DNA of 64,000 bases from positions 128,843,741 through 128,907,740 of the forward strand of contig CM041465.1 of NCBI GenBank assembly GCA_023213395.1. The letters are read 5' to 3'. The DNA is from Cycas panzhihuaensis (taxonomy: Eukaryota; Plantae; Cycadophyta). Position 1 is the first letter of the stretch; every line of letters begins with the position of its first letter. Below are positions 37,530 to 50,323 of the stretch, piece by piece. The notes below the pieces were generated by a model. The model did not search any database. It had not been told where the DNA came from and worked only from the letters and a program-made list of their open reading frames with translations. The translations under genes and the position numbers were made by a program.

Positions 37530-38387
37530 TAGAGTGCCCAACATAGTTTTCCACATAGTAAGTGTGCCCAACAAGGTATACAAATGCCCAAGAGGGTTTT
37601 GGATACTATGAAATGTGCCCAACTATGTTTGAACAGAGTGCATGACAAACAAAAACTTGGAAATCCTTTAGATTTTTGCTTTTGTAAAACTTGAAACCAA
37701 CAGACAAGCATGCACTAGTAGAATTCCCCTTTCTTCCTGTACAATAGAATAACTTAGCACAATGTATATGTTTTTTCAGCATTGAAGTAAAAAATTTCAA
37801 AGAGTTATTCTAAAAATATTTTTTAAAGAGTTGAGAATAGAACAATTGCTTTGGATTACCTTTGTATGGCAAAGGTCATCGCCAAAGGAGTGCTATAAAA
37901 AACTAGCCTTCAAATCTAAAATAAAAAAACAATCTCAACCTAATGAGCTCTAATACCAAAATGAACAAAGTGGATCATGAGGAGACAATGAAGGACTAGG
38001 TAAAGATGATTTACATCCATAACAAACTTGAAGCAAAAGCGCATAAACACATGAAAATATGGAGGAGAAGAAATTGATCCAATGTCCAATAAAATGACTT
38101 GTATTCAACTTAGGAGCATAGCATTACACTCATCTCTCAAACTATATATCACAAGAGAGAATGGTCTCTTATATAGATGAGAGAGCTATCCTTGGGGTTA
38201 CAACATGATTGCCAAGTGTCAATTATGCGTAGACTTGTGAAGGCATGCCTAAAGAGGGGGAAGTGGGTCATGGGCCCTTAAGTTACAACATGTTACAACA
38301 CTAGGAAAATTGTGTGAGTGTGTGCACTTTGTACATTAAGTATAAAGTGTGTATTTGATACATAAAAATAAAACAAAGGTTCTAATA
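37530..38387 (-). mobile_element. LTR-PBS-leader unit K1
   Basis: LTR-like 37962-38387, PBS TGGTATTAGAGC 37947-58, leader with GTGCCCAAC repeats; homologous to 38388-39281. Confidence 0.7.
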
Positions 38388-38671
38388 AAAAATGCGCCCA
38401 ACAGTGTTTGGACATAGTGAAGTGTGCCCGAGATGTGCAGAGTGAAGTGATACTCAACAAGGGTTTCAACTGCTTGAATAAAGTAAATTTCTCTTAATCA
38501 TTGTTCCAACAGAGTTTAGACAAAGTGCAAGTCAGATAGATCCAAGAGTAAGAAGAGATTTCCTCCTTAACAAAAAGCCAACAACTGAATTTTCTTTCTT
38601 TACAAGTCCTACAACCAACAAACAATGACCAACAAGCATACAAAAAATCATCTTCTTTCTCCTGCAAATTA

Positions 38672-38710
<39 letters not shown>

Positions 38711-39281
38711 TATTAAATCGAAAAAAAAAAAAATTCAAAGAGATACTTTGAAATATTTGAAGAGTTGAGAATGAAGCAAACTTCTTTGGATTGGCTTCAT
38801 ATGGTGAAGGTTGTCACCAAAGAATTGCAACGAAGAGCTAGCCTTCAAATCTGAAATGAAAATTCCCAACCTAGATGTTGTGATACCAAAATGACAAAGC
38901 AGATTAAGAGGGGACAATGAAGGACAAGCTAAACAACATTCACAATGACAATAATTTGGAACACATGCATATAAGCACACTAAAAATATGGAGCAGAAGG
39001 AATTGATCCAATTTCCAAACTAACTTAGATAAAACTCAGTAGCATAATAATACACTCATCTCTCAATCTATATCAATACAAGAGACAATGGTCTCTATTT
39101 ATAATTGAGAGAGATTTATGAGTGTTGATCATGCATGCACTTGTGCAAACATGCCAAAGAGGGGGAAGGGGTCATGGACCCTTAAGTTACAACATGTTAC
39201 AACACCAGAAAAGTATGCACTTATACATTAAGTATAAAGCACGTAATTAATACATAACAATAAAACATAAAGGTTCTAATA
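38388..39281 (-). mobile_element. LTR-PBS-leader unit K2, abutting the RNase H end of G
   Basis: LTR-like 38892-39281, PBS TGGTATCA 38881-88. Confidence 0.7.
38674..38708. repeat. (AT)n microsatellite, ~17 units
   Basis: Direct reading. Confidence 0.97.
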
Positions 39282-42200
39282 TTCTCCCCATTTGTAATCC
39301 TTGATAGTTGATAAGGAACAATATATGCTTTGCTTGATTTAACGAAAGTTTAGAAGATAAACTCTTGAGATAACATTAGTCATCTGTTGATCCTCCCTCT
39401 CATAAATGGCTTGTTTATTATTAGATACATCAACACTTGGCAGTCTACATGACATCTAAATGGGTTCAACAATAAGTATTGTTGAAACTTTTGAAGCACG
39501 TGAACCATTCCCAAGGCTTCTTTCTCTGTTACTAAATGGTTTTATTCTACTTTGATTAGCTTCTTGCTGGTAAACGAGATAGGATGATCGATATTTTTCT
39601 ACCCAAGTTGGGCCAAAATGCAATCAATCACGAATTGAGAGGCATCAATGTGCACATGGAATATCTTCTTCCAATCGTGAAATTGTAAGATGGGGGCTGT
39701 TGTGACATCATTTTTAAGGTCTGCGTAGGTTGTTTGTTTCTCTACTCCCCATTCCTATTTTGTGTTTTTTTAAGTAGCTTCTTAAGAGATCTTGTGATAT
39801 ATATGTATCGCTTTATAAATCCTTTATAGTAGCTGATGAGTCTAAGAATTCCCTTTTAACTATTTCTAGGTCAAGGGGTTTGAGAAGTTTATAATTGTAG
39901 CCACTTTTTCCAGATCAATAAGCAAGCCTTCCTTGCTTACTATGTGCCCTGAGAGATTTCCAAAAGTCACTAAAATTGTATATTTTTGTATGTTTAGGAA
40001 AAGTTTACAATCACAACATATATGCAACATTTACGGGACATTATTTACATGATTTTCTAGGATTTCATATAATGTCTAGTTGTTCGAAACACGACTACCT
40101 TATCCCCAATCATTTTCTTTAATATATCAAGTACAAGTCTTTGGAATGTAGCTAGGATTTTTGTTAGTCTTAATGACATAACATGGTATGCAAATGTATT
40201 GCATTTTGTAGCAAAGGTTGTCTTTGCCTAATCTTTTGGCACCATGCTAACTTGGTTGTAACCACTAAAGTTGTTTGTAGAGGAGTATGCTTCCTTTCCA
40301 CTAACCATTTCTATGACATCTTTTGTAAAGGGTATAGTAAAGGATCCTTTGTCATAACTTTGTTTAATTGGTGATAGTCAGTGCAAATCCATATTTTCTA
40401 TTCTTTTTCGGTACTATGACTATTGGATTGACCGGCTCACTATAGTCCATCTTCTAAATGTAACTGGCTTCTAACATTTTGTCTAATTTTGCCTTCTCCT
40501 ACTTAAACTTTGGAATCTTGATTAAGATTGGTGTGCAAGATGGTTATCTACTTATCACATTAGTTTTTGAAAGATTTTAACACCACATAGAGAGCGAAGG
40601 AGCATTATTTTACCATTTTTTGTCATTTTTCTACTTTCTGAGCATGCTGTGTGTGCATGGGGCTATGTTGATGTTGATTGATCATTAGTACTAGTCAACA
40701 TAGGCGTCGTTTAATTGGTTTTGCCCCTTTGATCAAATCAATGCAAGTTAGCGTAATTTTGGGTAGAAACACCTATGGTCTTTGTATGACCACGCGAATA
40801 CATCTTTGTATTCTTCAAATAGGGCTTGTGCTTGGGTGACAATTTTGTCATTCTGGTAGTTGCCTATTGTGATGTTTTTGGGATTGCTATTATCCATAAT
40901 ATTGAGTTGATTCTTTTTTAGACCCTTGAACTCTATTTATTTCCACTTCTCTAATTGATGACCTAGCTCACTAAATATTTTCCAATCTTCATACTTTACT
41001 TTGGTATATTTAAGGGGAAAGTTATGCACTTTCTCTTCTACAAAGCTATTTGTGTTTTTAGATACTGAAAAAATGTAGCATTCTTTTATGTCCTTTTGTA
41101 TGATTATGATTATTTCTTTTATTTTGCTTAGAACTATATTAATCTTTGTGTCTTTCGATTGATAAGAATATATTTTAATGAATGGCCCTTTTAGGTTATC
41201 CCATCTTATATTCCTAACTCTTACCTTTCCTAACAACCATTCTTGTCTCGTTCTCCCTAGTGTATGGAACAATCTCAACTGATTTCGGGGACAATCCCCT
41301 ACAAGGCCCTTGTAGGCTATTCGCAAAATCTATTGTCCAAGATTCCTTTTCTAGTATGCTATAGTCTTCCTAGTGCTCCATGCACCCCATAAGGTGGCCA
41401 TTGGCTTCTAATTTGGTGCCATGGAACTCAAGTATGACATCTCTAATGATGATTAGTGCTGAATTAGGTTGTGGACTGGTTTTTTGGGTATTAGAGTTGG
41501 AATTAAAATTAGGGTTCTAGGTTATTCTAGAATTGGGGTTAGTGTGACTAGGCTAGAATTAGTCTCAGAAGGGTTGGTGCTATGGGTTGTATTAGGGTCA
41601 AGATTAATACTAACTAGGCTTAAATTTGGATCCCTACTACCATTGCTAGGATTGGGGTTACTTACAGAATTGTTAATTGGGTTTAGGCAGGGATTAGGGT
41701 CCCTTAGTTAGGTCTTCTATTGTTCTACTAACAAATCTTCTGTTTCCAATAGGTTTTGTTGTAAATAATCACTTCTTACGCTACTAATTATACTATCCAT
41801 ATCATTATTTAATTCAACACTACTATCGTAATTACTATTATTATTTACACCACTCATTAATTAGTTCATTATTATTATTATTGTTTTCAATAGTTTGACT
41901 AGATCAAAAATGACAGATACATGTGAACAACTAAAAGAGGGCTTGTTTACCTCATAAGGTCCTTAAAGTCAGTTTGTCAGATAGGAATTAGTCTCTCCAC
42001 CTTCTAAGCCCAAGTCTTATTGAAGTTCGTCGTAATGATTCAGCTCCTACTCATAGGGATTATTCATTGTAGTGGCTTCATTTGCTACTCTCTAGGTTGT
42101 CATTTCATTAAACATGTTGGTGGTCCTCCTACTAGAAATCATTGTATTGGAGGCACTGTCTAGGATGATCTTAATAGTATTGCTCTACTTCCCTATCATC

Positions 42201-43145
42201 AGTAGTGATATGGATTTGCCACAGTGTGTATCCTGTGCTCCTAATTTTGCAAACACTTATTACTGTAAAGCCATGTTCCAATAGTGTAGGTAACGACTCC
42301 TTCAATTGTCCCTATGATTGTGAATTCCACTATAATGCCAATTCTCAGTACATTGACTTTTATGTTTGGTAGTGTTCTTGGTGGTTGCACTTGCTATTCA
42401 TTGGTCAATTTATTAGAGAAAGTTGGCACATCTAGTTTAAGGCTTCCCAACATTTTCCAAGTCCTAATGGGCATAACAATCATAACGGATCCCCCATTCA
42501 CAATTATTGATTCAAATGTCTCTCCCAATATTGTCATACTGACTACAAGATCTTCATTCATCAATGGGAGAATCTTGTTGACACTTTGCACTACTCCATT
42601 GGAATCTCTCAATTGTAGCATGTTGGTTTCCATCCACTAAATATCTTATGTTAGTAGTTTTATTAACTCCAACTTCTCTATTATGTGTTTTAGTAATTTC
42701 GGCCTCATTTGATAATTTGGTGTACAAATTGGCCATATCCATAGATTTCGCAAGTTGACATGTAGTATCAATTCACTTCTCTTAATAAATGCTCTTCTCC
42801 TATATACTTGTTTGATTTTTGTTTTGGGTACCATCATGCTTCTGTTGCAGTGTCCTCCAAGGATTTTTTTGCTATTGTGAGTCAATTGATCTCTACCTCT
42901 GGAGTTGACTAATATAATTCCTCCTCCATTAGGCTTGCAATTAGCCCACTCCTTGTCTGGAGGTTGACTGATCTAGGTATTGTTAAGGGGTTGGGGGTGA
43001 TCATTGCTAGATTGCTGGTCTTTACATTAGGGTGGTCTTTTGAGTCATGGTTGTCTGGCTTGCATTTACAAGAAATGTATGCTATTGTTTGTGGCTTTCT
43101 CGTAAGGATGATTGGACCTCCAATGTCAGAATTCCAAGCAAAACA

Positions 43146-43608
43146 TGATAGAAGAATTAATAATAGACTTCATTAATTCATCAAAGATCAATTGTATTAT
43201 TAATGTAACTTTTGTACATAGTTTGTATTGAGGGCTTTTTCATCATAAATGGGTTTAAGTCACAACTTAATGTTGTGAATCTAGGTGTATGGGGGTCGAT
43301 TTGTCGTCAATATTTTATTATTGTAAAGTTGGTTAATCATGCAAGGTGCCAATTGTCACCTTGCATGATCTTACATTAATATTCTCAATGTATTTGATAA
43401 TAGCCTCTTTTGTTCTTTATGCAAGGCTTTTCGTGTAACTTTTTATTAAGTGATGTATCTTTTTGATTTATAAGTTAATGCAAGTAATATGACATTGGAG
43501 CATTGTGATGAATTGCTATGCTTTTTGATTTTGATTGTTCAATGAATGCTATTGGGGGTTGATGAGTCTTGAACCTAGGCTGAAACCAGGCAGACTTCTC
43601 CGCTCTCA
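43146..43608 (+). repeat. 5' LTR of L
   Basis: Aligns with 49863-50323. Confidence 0.93.
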
Positions 43609-45049
43609 CTTAATATCAGAGCCAAGTCTCAGCCAAGTTTTTTTTCCAGCTAGCTTTCATGTCAATCTCCTCAGCCTCCTTCAATGTAAAAGCTACCAAT
43701 AAAGTGTAGTTGCTATCAAATCCTATGTAGACTCTTTTTATAGTGTTAATCATTATTTCAAAAAAGAGAGATCTTTTGTACCTCTAACCGGCAAAAGATG
43801 GATGCTTGCTGAACTGAAACTCTTCTGATATTTGTTTTTCTGCATGAATATAGTAAGTGTCCTTTTATTAAGACATTATGATTTATGCCATTTATCTAAA
43901 CATTGAAATATGGTTGGCTTTCAGGCATATGTTTTGCCGCCATTTTTTCACATGGATATCTATTTTTGCTTTCTACATATGCGTGAATGACAGTTCCTTA
44001 TTGCTTTGTTCTGCACCTGTCATTGGAGTCTTAGCATTTGTGCTCCCTACGTGGCCTTTGCGTGTATTTGCTGGCTCCTTACTATGTGGTTGTTGGCATC
44101 TTTACATCTGCATGCGCAATTGGCTTTATGTGGACCTTTTTTTCTGATCTCCGCGTCTCAATGTTTCTACCTTCTGTGTGACTACATACAGAGTCGATGG
44201 CCTCTTTGTGTAGCTTGGCTAGTCTTTGCATGGACCTGTGTGATTTTTTAAAGTTGTTGTGTGCTCTTTTTGAGTTGTTTATTACTTCAATGTTACTAGC
44301 CCTATTTAGCTTTCTATGTTGGCATTACGACCTTTAGTGTATCTGCTTGGCCCTGCATGGCTCAATCGACTTTGATTGCATGGAGGATTCAATCCCCTGT
44401 CTGTGTGGCTTAACATTTTTTGGCTGATGGCCCTTTTGTGGCATTTTTTTGATCCTGTTTCTGAAGGTTGCTCCTTAGCAGAGATTGATATTGATCTAGA
44501 GTAGATTTACAGGCAAAAATAGAGGAATTTTGCTCCAATTCCATGGACTTGCAATAAATTGAAGATTAGGATACTGTTGTTGGCTTCAACAGATTCCTGC
44601 TCACTATTGGACTGCTGAAACTATACCATATGACCATTCGTTCAGACCCTGGCAGAGTCATCTTCGCAATGGAGGAGACTGACTGAAATTTCATTGCCTC
44701 TATAGAGAGATCCAACCTCCTATGTCCAAACTACCCGATTGTTTTTTCAAATTCTTGTCACTTGATTTAATTTTTTTATAAAGTTTAAAAACTTTAGGTT
44801 ATTTAGATTAGCATATTCACAGAATGTTCCTTTTTTGATAAAGGCTCCTAACCTAAAGTTGCTTTTTTATTATTTTTTAATCATTTTTTAGTTTTTTAAG
44901 GCCTGTTTATAATTTATTTAAGGCAATTTTTTAGTTTTTTAAAGGCTTTTTTCTATTATTTTGCCTAAAACATAAAATTGAATCTATTAATCATAAAATC
45001 TTTTTAAAATTAATCAAAAATATTAAAAAGATAAATACTTGATGAACCA

Positions 45050-45452
45050 CCCGATTACTAGCCTTGCAAGGGGAATGATTAGGACCCTTGAAGTTACCAC
45101 TCCACACACGCTAGTGGTCTATTTTGAATTCTATGGATATTAGAAAAGCATATTAGCTATCAGGTGTAATTAGTGGCAGGCTGAGGTGTTTATATCCAAA
45201 ACCTTGGAGTTTGGAAACTAGGCTAGATACAAAGGGGGTGAGCGCCTTGGTTGTAAGTGTGCCCTTAGATAAGGATCTGTTGTTCAGGCTATAAACTCAG
45301 TTCAGGTGGATCAACAGTGTCGAGGGGAGGGGGAACTGAGCCTTCTGTAGTGTCCATGTACCTTCGGGTATATTGGGTCCCCAGCTACTACTTGTGAGCA
45401 GGTACGCTATCAGAGAGGACTGTTTCAACTACTAGGGGTTGTTTAGGAGTGG
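45050..45452 (+). ncRNA. Putative structured cis-acting RNA domain in the leader of Copia L
   Basis: Nested complementary helices, long-range closing pairs CCACTCC/GGAGTGG and CTAGTGGT/ACTACTAG, GCAA, GAAA and cUUCGg tetraloops. Confidence 0.65.
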
Positions 45453-45518
45453 AGACATCGAGACATAGATCCTAGATTAGATCACCTTTCTAGGTAGACA
45501 TGACACATATCAAACATC

Positions 45519-48500
45519 ATGGCGCTTCAAATGATTGTAATTAATACTATTAAACTATCTAGCAGTGATAATTTCTTGGCTTGGAAGAAACAAGTCAAGA
45601 ACATATTGATAATTAACAAACTTTGGCCTTATGGTTCTGAAAGAATTCTTAAGCTAGTTCCCATTGAAGATCTTAATGATCCTGATAACCTCATTCCTCC
45701 TAATCTTGATGTTGTATCTACCTTTCATGAGTTTGACAAAGTTGCCCTTTCTTTTTTACGCTTGTTTTGTGAAGATAATGTTGATTAGAATATTGAACTT
45801 GTCCCTACCTTTGCAGACGCATGGAATATCATATGTGCACTCTATGATAGGAAGGACAATGCTAAGGCAGTGATGCTTAAAGCCTAGCTTTATTCCATTC
45901 CATTTGTAGGATCTATAGTAGCTCATTTGTCTCAGATTAAGATGATCAAGAACCAGTTGACAGTGATGGGTTAGCCGCTAGAGGATAGTGACCTCATATC
46001 CTACATTGTTAATGTTTTGCCACCTGGTTATAACTCCCTCTTATCCAATCTGTCATATATAGATCGATTTGCCACCATTGATTTTAATATATTTGAGGGT
46101 TTATTGCTCTAGAAAGAATGTATTTTGAATTGTTCAGGGAATCCAGGTGCTTCCTCTTCCACACCAACATTTGCAACCAGACATAGAGGAAGACCGCAAC
46201 ATCCACAGTTGACACATCATTTTGGTTCAATGAATTTGAACCAATAGCCTTATCAGTAGCCTAATCAATAGGTTTATTAGCCACATCAGCCTTGGCCATC
46301 TTATAATCCCCAAGTTATTTGGCACTATTATGGCAAACCTGGACATATAGCACCTAACTGCAAAAAAAAGAGAGTTGACCTTTAGCAATGACAGTTTTAG
46401 AGCTACCCTGCTATGCAGGGTAATCAAAGTCTTGGACATGGAAATTGTTAGGAACCACAGAGACAGAACCATTCAAATTACTAGGGACTGAGGAGACAAA
46501 ATCAAAATGCTCCTAAGAGGAACCAACATAATAGGAATCGCAACTACAGATAGAATCAAGGAGGCCATATGGTCAATTCTCAAAATCTTTTCTTTACTTT
46601 ATCATCTCATCGTTCTGACATTTCCTAGTTGATGGATTTGGGTGCCTCTCAACATATGACGTGTTCAAAAGAACTCCTTATTGATACAAGACTAATTCAG
46701 GTTTAGTGTGTCACGTTTAGAGATGATGGTACTTTAGAGGATGCCAAGATTGGCAATGTCCCTATCTCATTGAAGAATTCTGACACTCCACATCATCTCA
46801 ATAATGTTTTCTATGTACCCGGAATTACACACAAATTACTTTAAGCTAGCTAGGTAAATAAACAAAACTTTGATGTTTTGTTTAGCCATCTTGGAAAATG
46901 CCTGATTACAAATCTGAATGGCAACTTAATTGCCTCAGGATACAAAGATCAGAGACTCTACAAACTTGATGCTGTAACTAGACCATTGATCCACTCACAT
47001 GAATTTGGTTCTTATAGCAATTGAACTTCAACTTCTAATCCTTTTGCTTGAACATCAAATTTAGATGATCAATTTGCTTCATAGGTATATGTTTCTCCTA
47101 AAATACCAAAAGACTAGTTATGGTATCAACGCCTAGGTCACTTGAATTTTAGCATCATTCATCTACTTTATAAATTGAATATGGTGCATGGCATATCGAA
47201 CATAAAGCAGACTAAGTCTATTTGTGAGGCTTGTGATATGGGCAAACATCATTTGGCTCCTTTCAAGTCAAATGGAAGAGTCGGGCGTGCCAAGGAACCT
47301 TTAGGCCTGGTACATTCAGATATCTGTGGGCCCATGTATTAGGCATCCTTTGGAAGCTATCATTATTTCGTCACATTCATTGATGACTACTCCAAAAAAG
47401 TGTGGGTATATTTCTTGAAGCAGAAATCAGAAGCTTTTGACAAATTCAAAGAGTTCAAGCATGGCGTTAAACTCGAATCTAGAAAGCCACTAAAAATTCT
47501 TTGTTGTGATAATAGAGGTGAATACACATCAAATGAGTTCACCCAATTTTGTAAGGATAATGGCATCAAATGGCAATTTTTTTCCCTATACATCCATCGA
47601 CAAAATGGAGTTGTTGAGCAAATAAATTGGACCTTAGTTAGCAAAGGCAAAGCCATGCTTGCTGCCAAGAATTTGGGACTTCAATTCTGGGCTGAAGCCC
47701 TTCATACAACAACATATCTCACAAACAGAAGCCCAACCAAGGCAGTATTAAACATTACTCTTGAGGAGGACTGGTCAGGTCCAAAACCTACGGTCTCACA
47801 TTTGCGCACTTTTGGTTGTATAACGTACATGCTCATACCAAAAGAACAAAGGAAAAAGCTAGATGATAAGAGCAAGAAATATATCTTTATTGGTTATCAA
47901 CCTAGCTATAAATCATATAAATTGTATGATCTTGCTACCAAGCAAATGCATACATCTTGGGATGTCATATTCTCAGAAAAAAACTGGGATTTGGATCACA
48001 CATATTTCATTCTTTGATGATTAGTCAGATAAAGCACCTATTGCTCCTCTTGCTCCATAAAATGTTTCTACAGAACACATGCCTCATGTATCAACGTTTA
48101 CTCCTAGTTCATCGTCTGCACCACTTGCCTCTACTTCTACATATAATCCTATTAGTCCTTCAAAGGATATTCAAGATGAGGCTACTTCAAAGCGGTTGCC
48201 AAAATAATACAGGCGAACGATCTCTTCTGCTCCTTCACCACCACAACAAGCAAAGAGACAATCAAAATACAAGTCATCCACTAACTCTGCCTTAATGGCA
48301 GGAGTGCTATCAGCTCCTGACTCCTCTACTTTTGAGGAAACTGTTGTAGATCCAAGATGGCAAGTAGCAATGACTGAAAAAATGGATTCTATCCTACAAA
48401 ATTATACTTGGGAGCTTATTGAGCTGCCTAAAGGGAAGAAACCAATTGATTGTATATGGATTTATAAAACAAAATTTCATGCAGATGGTTCCATTCAGTA

Positions 48501-49865
48501 ACATAGAGCTCATTTGGTTGCCAAAGGTTTCAAACAGGTTAAGGTATTGATTATGATGACACATTTGCACTAGTTGTTAACATGACCACTGTCAGGCTTG
48601 TTTTGGCACTTGCAGCTTAATTCAATTGGCCTATATACTAGATGGATGTAAAAAGTGCCTTCTTAAATGGCAACTTGCAGGGGAAAATCTACATAAATCA
48701 GCCTCTCGACTTTGTTGCTTATGGAAAAGTAACACCTAGTCTGCAAATTGAAAAAGGCATTGTATGGCCTTAAACAATCACCTTGTGTTTGGTACATGAA
48801 AATTGATGAACACTTTCAAAAGCATGGACTCATTCGCTCATCTTCAGATTCAAATCTGTATATCAAAATCCATGATGGTTTCATCACTCTGGTCATACTT
48901 TATGTTGATGATTTGTTGATAACTGGCAATGACATAGAGTGGATTATACATATCCAAGGAGAACTAAACAATAGCTTTGAGATGACTGACCTCGGTTGCT
49001 CCATTATTTTCTTGGCATGGAAGACTGGTAGGAGCCAAGCCATATTTTCCTTTCACAGTCAAAATATACAAAGAAAATTCTTAAAAAATATAGGATGGAT
49101 GAATGTAAACCATCACCAACTCCTATAGAGACAGGTCTACAATTAGACATTGATGAGCATGGAAAATGTGTGGATCCAACGTTGTATAGACAACTTGTGG
49201 GGAGATTAATTTACCTCACTCATACTCGATCAGACATTGCCTACGTTGTTGGGATCTGTTCTAGGTTCATGACACAACACAAAATTTCACATTGGAAAGC
49301 AGCAATGAGGATCCTGAAATATCTTTAGGGTACTCTTCAATTTGGACTTGATTGTTGTCATGTGGAAAATCCTTTGTTGACAGGTTGCATGGATGCAGAT
49401 TGGGCTGGATGCAAAGATAGCCATAGATCAACCTCAGGTTATTGTTTTAACTTGGGTTTTGCTTTAGTTTCATGGTCTTGCAAAAAAAAGCCTAATGTCA
49501 CCCTATCTTCAATTGAAGCTGAGTATAAAGCCGTCGTTAGTGTAGTTGTTGAGGCTATCTGGCTTAGGAGGATTTTTGAAGAGCTTGGAATTAGTTAGAC
49601 ACAAGCTACATCATTGTTTTATGACAATCAATGTATTCTTAAATTGAACAAGAATCCTGTGTTCCATGGTAAAACCAAATACATCGAGATTCATCATCAC
49701 TTCATTAGGGAACATGTACAAGGTGGTGAGATAGATTTGATCTACAAGCCTACTGAAGATGAAATTATAGATATCTTCACAAAAGCACTCTCTTGTGACA
49801 AATTCGAAAGGTTTTGGCTTGGCCTCAATGTTAGAATTAATGAACTCATCATTAAGGGAGGGTGA
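45519..49865 (+). pseudogene. Copia L gag-pol, many premature stops
   Basis: [65 protein letters not shown]. Confidence 0.92.
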
Positions 49866-50323
49866 TATAACACTTAATGATAGACTTCATTAATTCATCA
49901 AATATCAATTATATTATTAATGTAACTTTTGTACATAGTTTGTATTGAGGGCTTCTTTATCATAAATGGTTTAGTCAGAACTTAATGTTGTGAACCTAGG
50001 TGTATGGGGGTTGATTTGTCGTCAATATTTTATTATTGTAAAGTTGGTTAATCATGCAGAGTGTCATTGTCATCTTGCATGATCTTACGTTAATATTTTC
50101 AATGTATTTGATAACAGCGTCTTTTGTTTTTTATGCAAGGCTTTTCATGTAAACTTTTTATTAAGTGATGTATCTTTTTTATTTATAAGTTAATGCAAGT
50201 AATATGACATTGGGGCATTGTGATGAATTCCTGTGCTTTTTGATTTTGATTGTTTAGTGAATGTTATTAGGAATTGATGAGTCTTGAACCTAGGCTGAAA
50301 CCAGGCAGACTTCTCCCCTCTCA
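49863..50323 (+). repeat. 3' LTR of L
   Basis: Follows PPT; pol stop codon TGA coincides with the first three LTR bases. Confidence 0.93.

Larger units (their letters stand above)
43146..50323 (+). mobile_element. Full-length Ty1/Copia element L with a ~1.9-kb 5' leader
   Basis: LTRs 43146-43608 and 49863-50323; degenerate PBS TAATATCAGAGCC 43611-23; PPT aagggaggg 49854-62; TSD AAACA/GAACA. Confidence 0.95.

Noticed and set aside
41469-41711. Telomere-like TTAGGG motifs and a Gly/Leu-rich ORF
   Set aside because: Scattered, not tandem; antisense of Asn-Pro linker codons in G
45050-45452. Ribozyme (hammerhead/HDV) or group II intron reading of the structured leader
   Set aside because: No CUGANGA/GAAA core arrangement or domain V motif recognised by eye
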